DNA of 63,975 nt, filler included, from Reticulomyxa filosa (Eukaryota > Protista > Foraminifera): the NCBI GenBank assembly GCA_000512085.1. It is 21 parts of 21 records of this genome, joined end to end, with 100 filler letters (N's around TTAATTAATTAA, not from the genome) between each part and the next. Parts side by side here need not be neighbours in the genome. Positions count along the whole stretch, not along the records: positions 26,498 to 29,148 come from ASPP01028002.1; positions 29,249 to 30,267 come from ASPP01013824.1; positions 30,368 to 33,874 come from ASPP01021498.1; positions 33,975 to 38,099 come from ASPP01023282.1; positions 38,200 to 44,615 come from ASPP01008935.1; 16 more parts are not named here. One strand, 5' to 3'. Position numbers and translations under genes: made by a program. Positions within the stretch are counted from its first letter, which is position 1. Every line of letters starts with the position of its first letter. The notes beneath the pieces are model-generated. The model was not told the origin of the DNA and searched no databases. It saw nothing but the letters and a program-made list of their open reading frames with translations. Positions 27,197-40,295 of this stretch are shown piece after piece.

Positions 27197-27499
27197 ATCT
27201 AAAAGTATTCAATGAAATTCAATTGAGTACTTTGCTTTGTTGTAATAAAAAAGGTTCACAAAGTCTTCAAAATGTAATAACTCAATTTTTGCTATTCGTT
27301 TTGACTGTAAAATTTTTTTGAAAAAAAGTTATGCAAAGAATTTGTCATGGAATATGTTAAATAATTCTACAAAAATGAAATATCCAATCAACAATGGAGT
27401 CTAATTAACATTTACAACGCAAGATGTTACATTTATCAACAAAAGGAATAATAAACAAGGCAAAAGGAAAAAAAATTTATGTGTCTTTAATAAGTCTAC

Positions 27500-28334
27500 T
27501 TAACAATATTTCAAACGATTTGCCACAATAACCAAAACAAAACTGAAAATATTTTCCGCAAAAGTGAAACTGCTCAAAGCAATGATAAAACATTTCTTAA
27601 CATGGACAAGTGTTTTCATTGTCTCCTTTGAAATTTCATGATTGGATGAATTGCCTTTAATATGTGCCAGATCGAGTTCCTCATTTCTATGCACAGCACG
27701 TGCAGTCTGGATCATCCTTGTAACATACATATAGTCAATGGTGATATTCAACGTGCTCACACCACCAATTCCAATTGCACTACTCACACTAAAAAGTACT
27801 GAAGCACGACGACATGTCCAATACACTCCTTTCTCATTCACTTCACTTGTTGAACGGGAAGTTATAGTAAAATTTTAACTTTAAAATGCTGCAAACGTCT
27901 AGCAGCGGATGCGAACCGGCCATTTAATCCTATAACAACAGTTATTAATATCACTATTGAATACAATCCTCAAAGATGACGTCTTTTAATTCCAAATACG
28001 AATTTTCAAACAGTCACTAACAACATTCATAACATTGGTACATATTTTGTGCACGATACATACATAAACATGCATACGTATACGACGCCGGACTTAGTCT
28101 TTTCAGCCAAAAAAATATTCCAGTACTATATAATAACATTGATAGTGAAGGAACAGTAAAAAATAACACTTGGCAAGATGAAACTGATGCAACCACCAAT
28201 TCTGCTCTGTACCAATAAAGTATAAACACTCTGTGCATAATATCACCAACATAACGACATGATAAAATAAGCATGTAATTTGAAGACTCAAATGTATATT
28301 CTCTGACTTCCAAAAATGGGAAAGTTTCTTTCAA
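27500..28334 (-). pseudogene. Degenerate multi-TM protein gene
   Basis: Two hydrophobic ORF pieces separated by a stop-containing segment (about 27840-27950). No family recognised. Confidence 0.3.
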
Positions 28335-28666
28335 TCTCAGTATTTCTTGAGCTTATTTCTTTTCTCTTCGCTTTTAAAAACTTGGTTTCTATTTAAAACA
28401 GTATTGATTTTACAAGATGAGTTGAAATAAGAAAATCGTTAAACACAATTTGTATAATTTGACGACGGGATTCAACCAAAACTATTTAACTAAAGAATAT
28501 GTCTTACGTAAAAAAAACATTCTAAATTAAACTGTCGAACACAAACATATTTTATTTTATGTTCTGTTTTTAAGCGTATCATGTAAATCAGTTTGAGAAA
28601 TTATTTCACTTATTCACTCAAAAAAAATTAAACTGTGCAATTTTTTTTTTGGTTGGAAAAATAACA

Positions 28667-29148
28667 CTATCCCCAAATATGAATTGAACCCTTACATGAA
28701 CCATAACACAAATTAATACTATTACTGCTTTTTCTGTTCCTTTTTAATTTAAGACATAATATTCCATCTTGATTACGTCCTTTGATCACATGCAATTCTT
28801 TTTTATTTGTTCGAATATCCCAAAATCGAATTGTATTATCCAAAGATCCAGAATAAATCATATTTGAACTACCACTAATTTCATTACAATTAACCTCAAA
28901 TGGTGAATATTCAACAGCATATATGTAATCTGTGTGTCCATTGAACGCTTGAGTTTGTTGACCAGATCGAATATCCCACAAACGAACACTTGTATCTTCT
29001 GATCCAGATAATATTATCTTTATTAATTCATCTGACCCATATTTTACACTCCTGACACCATTATTATGTCCATTGAATACAACGAATTGCTTAGTTGTTT
29101 CGACATCCCATATTCGAATGGTATTATCAAATGATCCAGAACAAATTG
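28667..29148 (-). CDS. WD40-repeat protein, C-terminal fragment
   Basis: Repeats ICSGSFDNTIRIWD, FNGH...LSGSEDTSVRLWDIRSG and SGSLDNTIRFWDIR; TAG stop. Confidence 0.95.
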
Positions 29149-29399
29149 NNNNNNNNNNNNNNNNNNNNNNNNNNNNNNNNNNNNNNNNNNNNTTAATTAA
29201 TTAANNNNNNNNNNNNNNNNNNNNNNNNNNNNNNNNNNNNNNNNNNNNTTTTTTTTTTTTTTTTTTAAAATATTCATTGTATTATCCATTTGCATAAAAC
29301 AATACACATTCATATAGAGTTACTCTCGGTTGTTTTAGAATGAAAAAGCGAATCAGACACATAGTATATACAAATACTGTGTGCACATATTACTTGTCG

Positions 29400-30267
29400 G
29401 GATATACGTGTCGGCAGTTTCCTCATTTTCCACTTTGGGAGAAGAAGGTTCGGATAAGGCCTGTTGATATTGAAGCTGATCCGACGCGTCCAGTTCTTCG
29501 GAGGTGTTTCTCATTATCGAAGTTCTATTCCAGAGAAATACAACACATTATGTACATGAACATATATGTACACATATGTGATATATGAGTGGTATAATGT
29601 AAGCAAACATAGCTTACCAATTTGGAATTGAGACTCAAACAAATACATTGTACAATGTTATACACATATACATATAAAAGTAAATTTAATTTGTTTACAG
29701 TAGAGCCTACCTTGGCGAGGTAATATTTCCATCGTCTAGACGGCCAGCTGTCGAAAAAGGAGGGGTAAGCATCTTTTTGTATGAAGACCTGTCTTTTTTT
29801 GTAATGAAGCGCAAGCGGGAAGAGTGATGTTTGCGGCCATACGAAGAAGGGACAGCGATCAGTTGCTTTTGCAAGGCGGCCATCAAAGTGCGCCGATCAA
29901 AGCGATCAATGAACACGCCCAAAGTCATGACCACGTCCAAGAGAACCCAGCCCAAACTCATGTCAAACCACGACACCATTTCGCAAGTATCCATGGGTTC
30001 CAACGCGTGTACAGTGGTGGTTAGTTTTAGTTCGCCATGGCCGGTGCTGCCGTATTGCAGCGTCATTTCCGTCCCAGTCCCTTTCTTAAGTGGGCTTGGT
30101 TGGTTTTTGCTTTCGTCGCTGTGTTCATCCTTTTTCTTGTTCAATGTACGGTCAACTTGCTGTTGTGGAGGGGCAAGAGTGCTTTTCTTATTTTTCGCTT
30201 TGTTATGTTTTCTTTTATTTTTTTGAGTTTTATTTCTATTGTTATTATTGTTATTATTGTTATTATT
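29400..30267 (-). CDS. Hypothetical protein fragment, multi-exon
   Basis: GC-richer ORF 29707-30144 ending at a GTAGG donor, with further exon-like blocks downstream. Confidence 0.4.
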
Positions 30268-30733
30268 NNNNNNNNNNNNNNNNNNNNNNNNNNNNNNNNN
30301 NNNNNNNNNNNTTAATTAATTAANNNNNNNNNNNNNNNNNNNNNNNNNNNNNNNNNNNNNNNNNNNNTTGAAGGAACGAACTTTCTGGGACATGAGAATT
30401 TTTTAAGGCTGTGATAAGGACGTTGACAGCACAAAATCAATCAAAAGGACTTAATTAACTGGTGATCTCCTTGGACAGCTTTTGTAGCAACATTTATTGT
30501 TGCTCATCAAACTAATTATAACCTTTTCCCCTTCATTTTTTTAATGGTAAAAATATCACAAAAACTCCTTTTCTGATGAGCGCATTTGTTCATCATTCTA
30601 CATTGCATGAGTATGTTACAATCATTACTCTTCTCTTGAGATTATCATAATTGAATTTGACTACTAACAAACAAACTCTCAAAATTTTTGCGCGTATCCG
30701 CAAAAATACAATTTGAAATTTTTGTTTGCGCGG

Positions 30734-31145
30734 TTATTGGCCATAATTGACATATCGTGGTCTCGGTTTTGACTTTTCAGCGGAAAGCAATTGATAGAGA
30801 AATTTCTTGCCATCAAAATACTCAATGGCTTGATCGCGATCATTTTGGGAAGGGAATTGGACAATTACACAATGGTCGTCTTTCAAAAAGTGCATTGTTT
30901 TGATGCGAATATATCTAGGTGGTCGTTGTGATTTGGCTTTCATGTAAAATTCTTCCACCAATTGACGAACATGCATTTCGTCAATTTCTTGAGGAAGATT
31001 GCCCAATCGCATTTCAAACACTTCATTTTGTGAATGTGGTAATATCGATCTCTCTTTTTGTGCCTCTCTTCTGATGCTCTATTTTTAAAAAAAAAATAAT
31101 AATAATAATAATTTCTCCTTTCATCCGCAATTTCGCAACCTCTAA

Positions 31146-31177
<32 letters not shown>

Positions 31178-31738
31178 AAAACGAACTGGTACAAATTTAG
31201 CAGGAGCCGGCTTCGCTTTAGTCGTGGTAGGTGGCGCTCTTTTACTTGTTTTGGGTTTGGTTGCGCCTTTGTCGTCAGCCCATTCGATGAAAACAGGGTC
31301 CGATCTCACTCCTGTGATACCCTCGTCGATGTAACCTTTTGGCTGCTTTGCTACGCGTCCAAATTTGACCCAGTTTTGTCTTCGTTTCCCCACAGACTTC
31401 ACCACTTTCTTTGATGTGGTGGTCACTCGTCCATGCCGCTCGCGCATTACGTATGTGTTTGTGTCTTTGCTCTTGAAATATGAGCGCTCTACAAAACCTC
31501 CTTTGTCGTCGATTTGTATTCTTTGTTGAGGAGGGAGTGGGATGTCTCCCTAACAAGGTTGGAAAATGATGCCATCCACGTGTCACGTATTTGTCGGTTT
31601 GTACAAGCACACAGCACACGTCAGTTTGTATAGTGAGACTGTCCTCAAAAATAAAGCAATATTGGGGCTAGTATTGCTAGATAAGGATCTTCCCTTACTT
31701 ACTGATTCTTCATTTTCAACAAGTAGTTCCCAATTCAT
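30734..31738 (-). CDS. EIF3G: Eukaryotic translation initiation factor 3 subunit G
   Basis: MNWE...GDIPLPP, KRRQNWVKFG, KFVP|SIRR and a C-terminal RRM ending AEKSKPR. Introns at about 31550-31702 and 31079-31186. Confidence 0.85.
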
Positions 31739-33024
31739 CCTTTATGCTTGCGGTCCCTAAAAATGTGCACTTTAAAAAATTTCCTTTTCAGTTTCTTTCT
31801 TCGAACAAGTAAAAACATGTAAGTGTGAGGTACTGAAGGTTTACTTATTGATTTTTTTATCTTTTCTTTTTTTAAAACACAAGAAACAAGAAAAATTTTA
31901 GTAAAAGTGAAAGATTGAACTTTTTAGAAAAAAAACTACTGTCACTCACAACATGTAATAATTAGCAAATGTTCGCGCTAGATGTCGTTACACATGAATA
32001 TACGTCTAATGTGGACAATCTCGTTCAAACTGCTTTTGAAAATGAACAACTTGCAACTGGTCAAAAAACATAATGTCAAGTTAATGAAGCAGAAGAAAAT
32101 GGCTATCAGTCAATAAATACAATCAGTTTTGCTAACGCAGTTCAGACTGCATTCATTATTGATGAAAATGTGCTATAAGCGAAACTATATTTATTGTACA
32201 TTCTTTTACATTTTGATATTTTTTGTTTTTCATTAAAATTAGATTTACAATTGAACTTTTATAAAATTTACACAATATATTTGTGCAAAATTTATATTTT
32301 AATGAACAGTTAATCTTGCAGCAATCATAACATGTCAACTGTTAATAAACATGCATGACTCTTGGCTCATAAAGAAAAAAAAAGAAATTTTTCAATTATT
32401 TTTTTCTTTACAAGACACTGCTGAGACTACGTTCAGGAGAATCTTGAGTAATATTGGATTTATATAATGTGGTAATCAAGATTACAACTATTCTTGCTGC
32501 TATAAACGATGATGCAGGTAACAAGAACTTGAATGACACATATTTTTCTTGTTAAATCAAATCCAACATTGATTGTAAATAAGAACAAATATTTTTGAAA
32601 AGAGAAAAATTGTTGTATGGTTACCAAGGTTTTGTATATGAAAAACATGCTAACAATCCAAAGTATTTTTTGTAAAATGATTACTGTGCATTTGTTAAAA
32701 TGTTGGTCATTTTCTTTTATTTGAGATTAATTTTTTTTTTTGAACATGTTTCTTAAAAAAATAAGATATATTTTGTTTGGATAAATAAACACTATTATCA
32801 GATAACTATTGTCACATTATTCAATTGTTTCATTTAACTAAAATTAACGAAATAATCTTCACAATATTTAAGTTTCTTTTTACTTGTCTAACAGTTAAAA
32901 ATAATTAAGAGCAGTTTGGATTAACTTATTTGAATTTGTATGAGTTTATGGAAAAAAGTTACATTTTTGGTCTTGTGAAACAAAGTTAATCAACAAGAAT
33001 AAAATTTATTAAAAAAAAGATATT

Positions 33025-33874
33025 TCATAACAATTGAAGTACTTTTTTCACTTGAGAAGGTGGATGAGACAACAACTCATGAACACTTTCTCCATAAGCA
33101 TTAAACGGATCACTCAAAGCAGAAAAAAAGCATTGATAAGCATCAAAAATGATAAGAGCCACACCATTTCTAGTGCTTTGTCGAATATTGACATCAGCAA
33201 TTCTATCGATTGCAGGCATCTGTAAAAGTTGAATAGAGAAGATATAAGACGTCAATGATTTCATTGCAAACTTCACACTAATTTCATCCAACTCTCCAAC
33301 TTTGCTCAAAGGAGTTTTGACCTCTTCTTGCTTTTTCAAGTATTTTTTCAAAGTAGTCAATAGCATCCAAACACCACAAGTTTTAAAAATGTCCATTGCT
33401 TCCAATTGGATCAAATCCTCTTTATGTTTCTCAACCATTAAACTTAGTGTTTCATATCGTGCAGCTAATCTCACACATACACACATATGTGTATACGTAT
33501 ATCTTTTAAAAAAAAAAAAAAGATAGAGCCACTTAACAATGACTAGTAAAGAATTGCTTTTGCAAAGTGTTTGTAATTAAAAGTAAGACATTGATTAAAT
33601 ACACCAGCTTTTGCGAGGGACCCAAGCTCGTAGTGGACTTGTCAGCAACTTGGAGCATAGGATCAATGAAGGCATTGACAATGGGAGCAAAGTGATGAAC
33701 GCGAACGGGGTTGGATAGCAAATTGGTGGAATAGATTTCCATGATATCATGCAGTCTTTCCATGTGCTCTTTGAAAATGGCATGTGGCGTCAAGTCGCTG
33801 GCCACTTGAATCCCACTGCTCGTCACGCCCAGCATCGCAGATAATCCCTTCATCGTCGTTGTCGCTGTCGCTGT
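33025..33874 (-). CDS. COG6: Conserved oligomeric Golgi complex subunit 6, C-terminal fragment
   Basis: DLTP...L.DIMEIY, FAPIVNAFIDPML, VYLINVL and a ...PSQVKKVLQLL end resemble the COG6 C-terminus. Confidence 0.7.
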
Positions 33875-33974
33875 NNNNNNNNNNNNNNNNNNNNNNNNNN
33901 NNNNNNNNNNNNNNNNNNTTAATTAATTAANNNNNNNNNNNNNNNNNNNNNNNNNNNNNNNNNNNNNNNNNNNN

Positions 33975-34681
33975 AAGAAGAACAAGAAGAAGGAGAAGGA
34001 GAAGAAGAAGAAGAAGGAGAAAGAGAAGATAATAAAGAAGATAATGATAATAAAGAAGATGATGATAACAAAGAAGAAGAAAAAGAAAAAAATACTGGCT
34101 TCCCTTGTTTTAGCTTTCGCTTTGCACATTTGCGTGCGCGATCGCGTATTTGTAAAGGACATTTGAATTTGCTGTTGTTCGAGAGAAAGACCAGACCAGA
34201 TGGGTATGAGGACTTTGACGTACACGAACTAGATTTTACTTTGAATCGACAAAAGGGGCGTATTGGAAACACTCGACAGAGCTCTCCATTGCTATGTCTG
34301 CCATGGACTGTTGTTCATTCGATAAATCAACACTCGCCTCTTTATCAATTGACAATGAAAGACATGATGGCTCGCAATATGGAACTCATTTGTGTGCTTG
34401 ATGCTGTAGATGAAGCCAGTAGTGACAGCTTTCAAGTTTGGTGGTCTTATTGTCCGCAAGAAATTGCTTGGAATTATCGCTTTGATACGATTGTCAAATC
34501 TGCACTTTTGCAAGAAAGGTATTCCCGCAAAAGCTTATATTTCTATGGCGTGGAACACGTAGAACGTAACGTCAGTAAAAAAATGCAATTTCGAAAGGGT
34601 GCTTTGAAAATCAATTATCCTCACATTTCTGCAGTTATTCCTTGTGCTGAAGACCAAAACTATACTTTACTTCGCGTCTAA
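33975..34681 (+). CDS. Inward-rectifier K+ channel (Kir) cytoplasmic domain, 5' truncated
   Basis: PCFSFRFAHLR, LPWTVVHSINQHSPLY, ELICVLDAVDE and SYCPQEIAWNYRF match IRK C-terminal motifs. Confidence 0.9.
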
Positions 34682-35878
34682 TTTATAAAATAATGTTCAA
34701 GGAGAGATCGCTCACCCTTCAATCAAGACTGTAACATTTTTCTTTCTTTTTTTTTTTTAAACATTACCACTTTTGTGTCAATCAATTCAATAAAAGACTA
34801 CAAACGCAAGTATCACACATTAAAATTTCATATTTCTGCAAAATGCTTATTTTATAAGCAAATCTTTTTTAATAATCGGACAAGAGAAAAGTGTACTCAA
34901 GAATGTTCGCTTCAGTCATAGTTTTTTATCAACAAGAAATAATACCATTTGGAAAAAAAGGAAATTTTAACTTATAAATGTTAATAATAGTCATAAATTC
35001 GACAAAAAGTAAAGATGAAGCTTTATTGAAAAATACACTGATAAATTGTACCGATTGAAGAACTTCTAAAAAAAGTTCTAGTTCAAGATTTTTATTTTTT
35101 TATCTGGAATCAATTCACTGGTTTAATGTTTTCAAAACTTACGAACTTAATTTTTTAATTCACAGATTGCCTGACAAGTTGCATGTTACAAGTTGTTGAA
35201 AGACGTTTATACTCTATCATTTTTTTTTGTAAGTTTAAAATGTCTTTTTGTTGTTATTGAAGTAACATTTCTTGCTAGTGGCAACTTTTTTTGCTCTATA
35301 TAACGACTTGTCTTGATTGCATGATCGTTGGGAAAAATTTTTGTCCAAAGAGTTTTACATTCAAATCGAAAGACTTGTGTACGTTTTATTCGGTTCAATT
35401 ACTAGTCAATAATGATCCACGAGCTGACTTTAATTTTTATTTAATCCATTTTCGTTTTTGTTAACATTCAATCAAAACAGCATGTTATTGTATTATATCA
35501 GTAACTGGTCAGTCTTCTTATAGCTATTCATCAAAAAGCTTATTTTCTGGAAACTACAATACAAAGAAATAATAAAGAACGTAGAAATGCCCAACAATAA
35601 TAGAAAAAGAGACTTGTAAAAAATCAATGATTAGATTGCCACCTCAGAGGATTGTCAGTAAAAAAGTTTAAATGCACCTTATTTATTTCGTAGCAGCTTT
35701 AATTAAGGAAAATGAACAAAAAATAAAACCAGAAATACTTTGGAAAAAACAAGAAGCAAATAAAAAAACAAAATAATAAATTATGATATCATTCGGAAAT
35801 AACTCATTTTTGGTTTTTTATGGTTATTTGAGAGAAAAGATGGTGTAGAAAATAGAACAAAAAAAAAAGGAAATGAAA

Positions 35879-38099
35879 TCAATGGCCATTAGTGAATGAA
35901 TTGGTAGCAGTGGCGGAGTGGATAGACCTCAATGGGATGAGTTCGGATTTGGGGGCAAGACTGACATGAAAGGGTCGAGGTCGCAACTCAAAGCCTTTTT
36001 TTTCAATACTCAAAGGATGAGTTTGAGTGGAGAAGCCAAAGGGGTCTTGTTTTTCGACGAGCGCTTGTTCATCGTCGGTTAAAGATTTATCCAGCGCCGA
36101 TAAATCGACTTTATCAAAACTTTTTTTTTTTTTTCCAAACAAAAATGAAAATTCTTAAAAGGGGGGGGGGGAGGGGAAAACAACTTTTTTGTAGGTACAT
36201 AAGTATACGTATATAGAAAAAAACTGAATAAGGTTAGTTCCCTTTGGATCGATATAATCAAAATGGAAAGGAGACGTCTTGGAAAAAGTGGGAAATGGGA
36301 GTTTTCGATAGAAGCAAAGTCGTATGAAAATGTGCATATGAGCCTGAAACACATTGTGAAAAAAATGGTGTAAGCCAATGGCCTGAAGAAAGCGGCTACG
36401 TTTGAGGAGTTTGATAACCGGGTATTTTAATTCTGCGAAAAGGAGAATAATCTGGTTTTGGCGCAAATGCTTCCAAGTATTTTCAATGGCGATGAGACCA
36501 GAGCTGTCCATGTCATTGATGGCACTGCAATCCAAAATGAAGTAGCGTAGCGGCTTGCCTTCGATATTGTGATAGCGTTGGATGAGCACTTGGATAGCAC
36601 GATGAAAGTAGTTGACAGTTCCAAAGTGCAAAGCTTCGCCAAAGCGGAAGATGACGATCCCCGGAGTGGTGATCGCATTCGGCCATGAAACAATGTTGTC
36701 GTATTCAACAGTGTTTGGAATGCGTCCCAATACGGTGCAATGTGGCTTGCTGGAACGTTGCACCAAAAGCAAAATGCTCACCACAAACCCCATTTCAATG
36801 CCTTCGAAAATGCCCCACAATGTCGTGCACAGCATCGTCAACACCAACACGTAGGAATCCTTCGTGTCGGTTTGCACCGCCTCTTTGATCTTTTCGTACG
36901 GAAATAGGCCCACACACGCACTCCACACGACCCCTGCCAACACGCTTCGAGGGAGCCAATAGACCAAGTCCGGCAAACTCCCCATTATTATCATCACTAC
37001 TATCAGCACCGCTGCACACACCCAATTGAACATTAACGTCTTCGCACCGGCTTGATCTTATCAAATCAAAAAAATAATAATTTTCGGAATGTTCATATAA
37101 AATAAAAGGCATACAATTACACAAAACATGGTTTTATACTTATGTTTTGCACATACGTATAATGTCACAAAAAAAAAAAAAAAAAAGACGAATAAAAAAA
37201 CTTTTAATGTGGACCTGCCAACGGAGCATGAGTAATAACCCCACCCGAAGGAAGGACTCCAAATAGAGAACCAATCAAATTGATAATGCCATGTGCATAC
37301 ATTTCATGAGAAGGAAACAAGTCATACTCGTATTTCAAAGCATAATTTGCAGCCACTAGATTGCACGATATACATTTAAACACAAACATATATACATATA
37401 CATATATACATATACACATATACGTACATATACACATATACGTACATATACACATATACGTACATATATATATGTACATATATATATATATATTGCATAA
37501 TTAAAATAAAAAAAATTATAAAAATAAACACTCAATCAAACCCGCAATGTGCGTGGTGAAAATGACGACGGCGGCAGACAAGGCTTGCAACAAGAAGACG
37601 TTGGGATATCGACTGACAAGAGTAAAGTCCAAGTCGATATGATTCGGAAAGGAGAGATTAACTCGGCCAACGATTTCGGGCGCCCGATGGTTGTGGCGAT
37701 TCCATTCGCCGTCTTGCGTGTGATGCAAGAACTTGCCTGCAAAGTTGAGAATCGTAAAGAAGATGACGAGTATAAAAATCCAAGGCAAGCTTTTGATCAA
37801 TTTGTTGTATTTGAAGTTGGGGAAGTATCTTGGGATGCTTTTCGGTATCATCAGCACAAGGAACGTAGCGAGGCAAAACCCAAACGCCGTCCAATTTATG
37901 TCATCCCAATACCGGAGTAGCTTCACACTATCGATCCACGAGATTGTGCGTGAGTGTAGTGCAAATGCATATTTTATTTGCAACGCCGCTATTTGTAGCG
38001 CCGAGCCGGCAGTGAAGCCCAGCAGCACGGGATATGATAAAAATGATGCAATGAACCCAATGCCGAATATTGCCATGGCAAGATAAAATACGCCTTTTT
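35879..38099 (-). CDS. SLC26/SulP anion transporter with STAS domain, 5' truncated
   Basis: GFIASFLSYPVLLGFTAG, LPRSVLAGVV and STAS ILDCSAINDMDSSG; several introns. Confidence 0.92.
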
Positions 38100-38241
38100 N
38101 NNNNNNNNNNNNNNNNNNNNNNNNNNNNNNNNNNNNNNNNNNNTTAATTAATTAANNNNNNNNNNNNNNNNNNNNNNNNNNNNNNNNNNNNNNNNNNNNT
38201 TTTTTTTTTTTTTTTTTTTTGTTGTTTTGAAAAAATAGCTG

Positions 38242-39952
38242 TTGCATGGCACTGTAGTCCCATCCGTCCCAACACTGAAAGCTTGCTTTGACTTTCGTGT
38301 TGCTCTTTGGGGGGGAGGCAAACCGAAACAGGCCCAGGTCCATCACGACCATGACGAACAGACAGTCACGCCGGCCAAGGCGAGCAGGACGACTAGTCAA
38401 GAGCTGTTGAAAGACAGCATTGGAAACAATAAAGGAATTGTTGAAACATTGGGGAGAAGTGCACTTCGAGGCAAATCTAATAAGAAAGTCACCTTTTCTT
38501 CACAATCTAATAAAGAGCCTTCATCCGGAAGTCCCACGGTTTGTTCGGCCATAAGCACACATTTACTTTCTTTTAAAATAAATAAATATATATATATATA
38601 TATATATGTATATCTAATGTCTGGAGGCAAATCAGTTCCTGTCCAGACATAACATAAAAGTTGCTTTTATTTTGTCTTATGTTTAATAAAAAAAAAAAAG
38701 ATTGAGGGCAAAGATGGTCCTGATAATTTCCCTCAGACGCAGCTGTTAACGGATCCTCCGTCTTTTCATACGAACAGCAACATTCAAGATTCAGATACCG
38801 GGAAAAATTCCCATGTGGTTGAAAGCAGCGACGAAGAAAAGGACACAATGGATGCACTGAACGATACAACTGCAACTAGCTCTAGCAAAACGGAGAAAAT
38901 ATCAACTCCGCCGAACAATCCCAAAACATCAAAAAAGAAATCAGAACTCTTGCCCCCTTTGATGAACTCGGAAGAAGGCAAAAAGAAAAGCAATGCAGCA
39001 AGCAAACACGGTACCGATACAGAGGCTGTTCACGCAGGGAAGAACGATGAAGAATACCAATTCGCTTTGACGCAAAAAATCGAACGTGTGCCAGGCATGC
39101 CGAACGATGAGGGCTTGAGTAATAGCGAAAGTGATGATGATCGCAATCGTTCAAAGCACTCTCCAAACGTCCCTTCCGAAAAAAAAAGCGAGGCTTATTT
39201 GCAAAAAGACACATTAAATTCAAATATTATAGAAATGTCTAGTCACTACAAACCGACGACTCCTTCTTTTTTGCGTGATAGCAAAGCATTAGGCCATGAC
39301 AACGACAGTGCCAGCGCCAAAACTCAGAAAACTCAGAAAAACATAAGAGAAATTAAGGGGGGAGGAAGGATCGCCGGCAATGTGCAAATTGACGGAAAGT
39401 ATGATCGCAAACGACGCCACAGTGAAACTGTCGCAACCGAGTTGGCGTATATCAACACCACAGGTGCGACCGACAGAAACGAAACGTTGGAACCTTTACA
39501 AAAAAAAGAAATATCAAAAATCCAGTTTGGATTATGTGACAATCTTACCATTACATGAGAGTGATGATTTGTCACAAACCAGAAACTGCTTTGTCAGAGA
39601 TATTTCAAGCAACAAAGAAGTAAAACAAGAGTTTGCGGCGGTAGACATAGCGTCACCTCAAACCCCTGATGCAAGTGTCTCAGCCAAAGATCTGCGCAAA
39701 TTAACAGACGAGGAATTGGATCGAATGCGAGAAAAATCTTCTACAAATCTGAAGAAATTGTTAGAAAGTATTAATAAAGAGGTTTGCTTTCAAAATGATT
39801 TAATGGAAGTTATGCATTCCAGATACACACAGTGCAAGAGATTTGCAATGGAACAAAAAGAAAGAGCTGAACATGCTGAAAAAAAAATCAACGACATGGT
39901 AGAAGCTTTAAATATGAATCTCAAAAATGTCATGCAAATGTACAGGAGATAA
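38242..39952 (+). CDS. Hypothetical low-complexity protein with C-terminal coiled coil, 5' truncated
   Basis: Long ORFs joined by an intron (about 38540-38705) and an A-run frameshift near 39501. Confidence 0.55.
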
Positions 39953-40295
39953 ATTTTTTTTTCTCTCCACAGATAATTTTTGTTAATGTTTGAAGAATTG
40001 CAAAAAAACTCCTTATCGCCTATTTCACTTTGAAAAGGCGGTCTTGCGTTTTGTTAGCTTTGCTTGCGGATTTCTACGCTTCATTTTTAAGCTTAGACTT
40101 CATTGATCTATTAAACAGTTTTAAAGAGTAACTATGGTGTTACAATTTCAAAACAAATTTTTCTTGCCTTAAAATGTCTTTTTAGCAACAAAATTTTAAA
40201 ATGATCGTGTGAAATTTAAAAAAATGGCATTTTTGAGTATAATTGTTCACTATATTTGAACAATATGCGAAAATAAGATGTTGCAATGCTGCTTC

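Noticed and set aside
37380-37495. Tandem TACATA/TACACA repeats, also near 44150 and 57022
   Set aside because: Intronic microsatellites with no repeat-spacer structure; not CRISPR.
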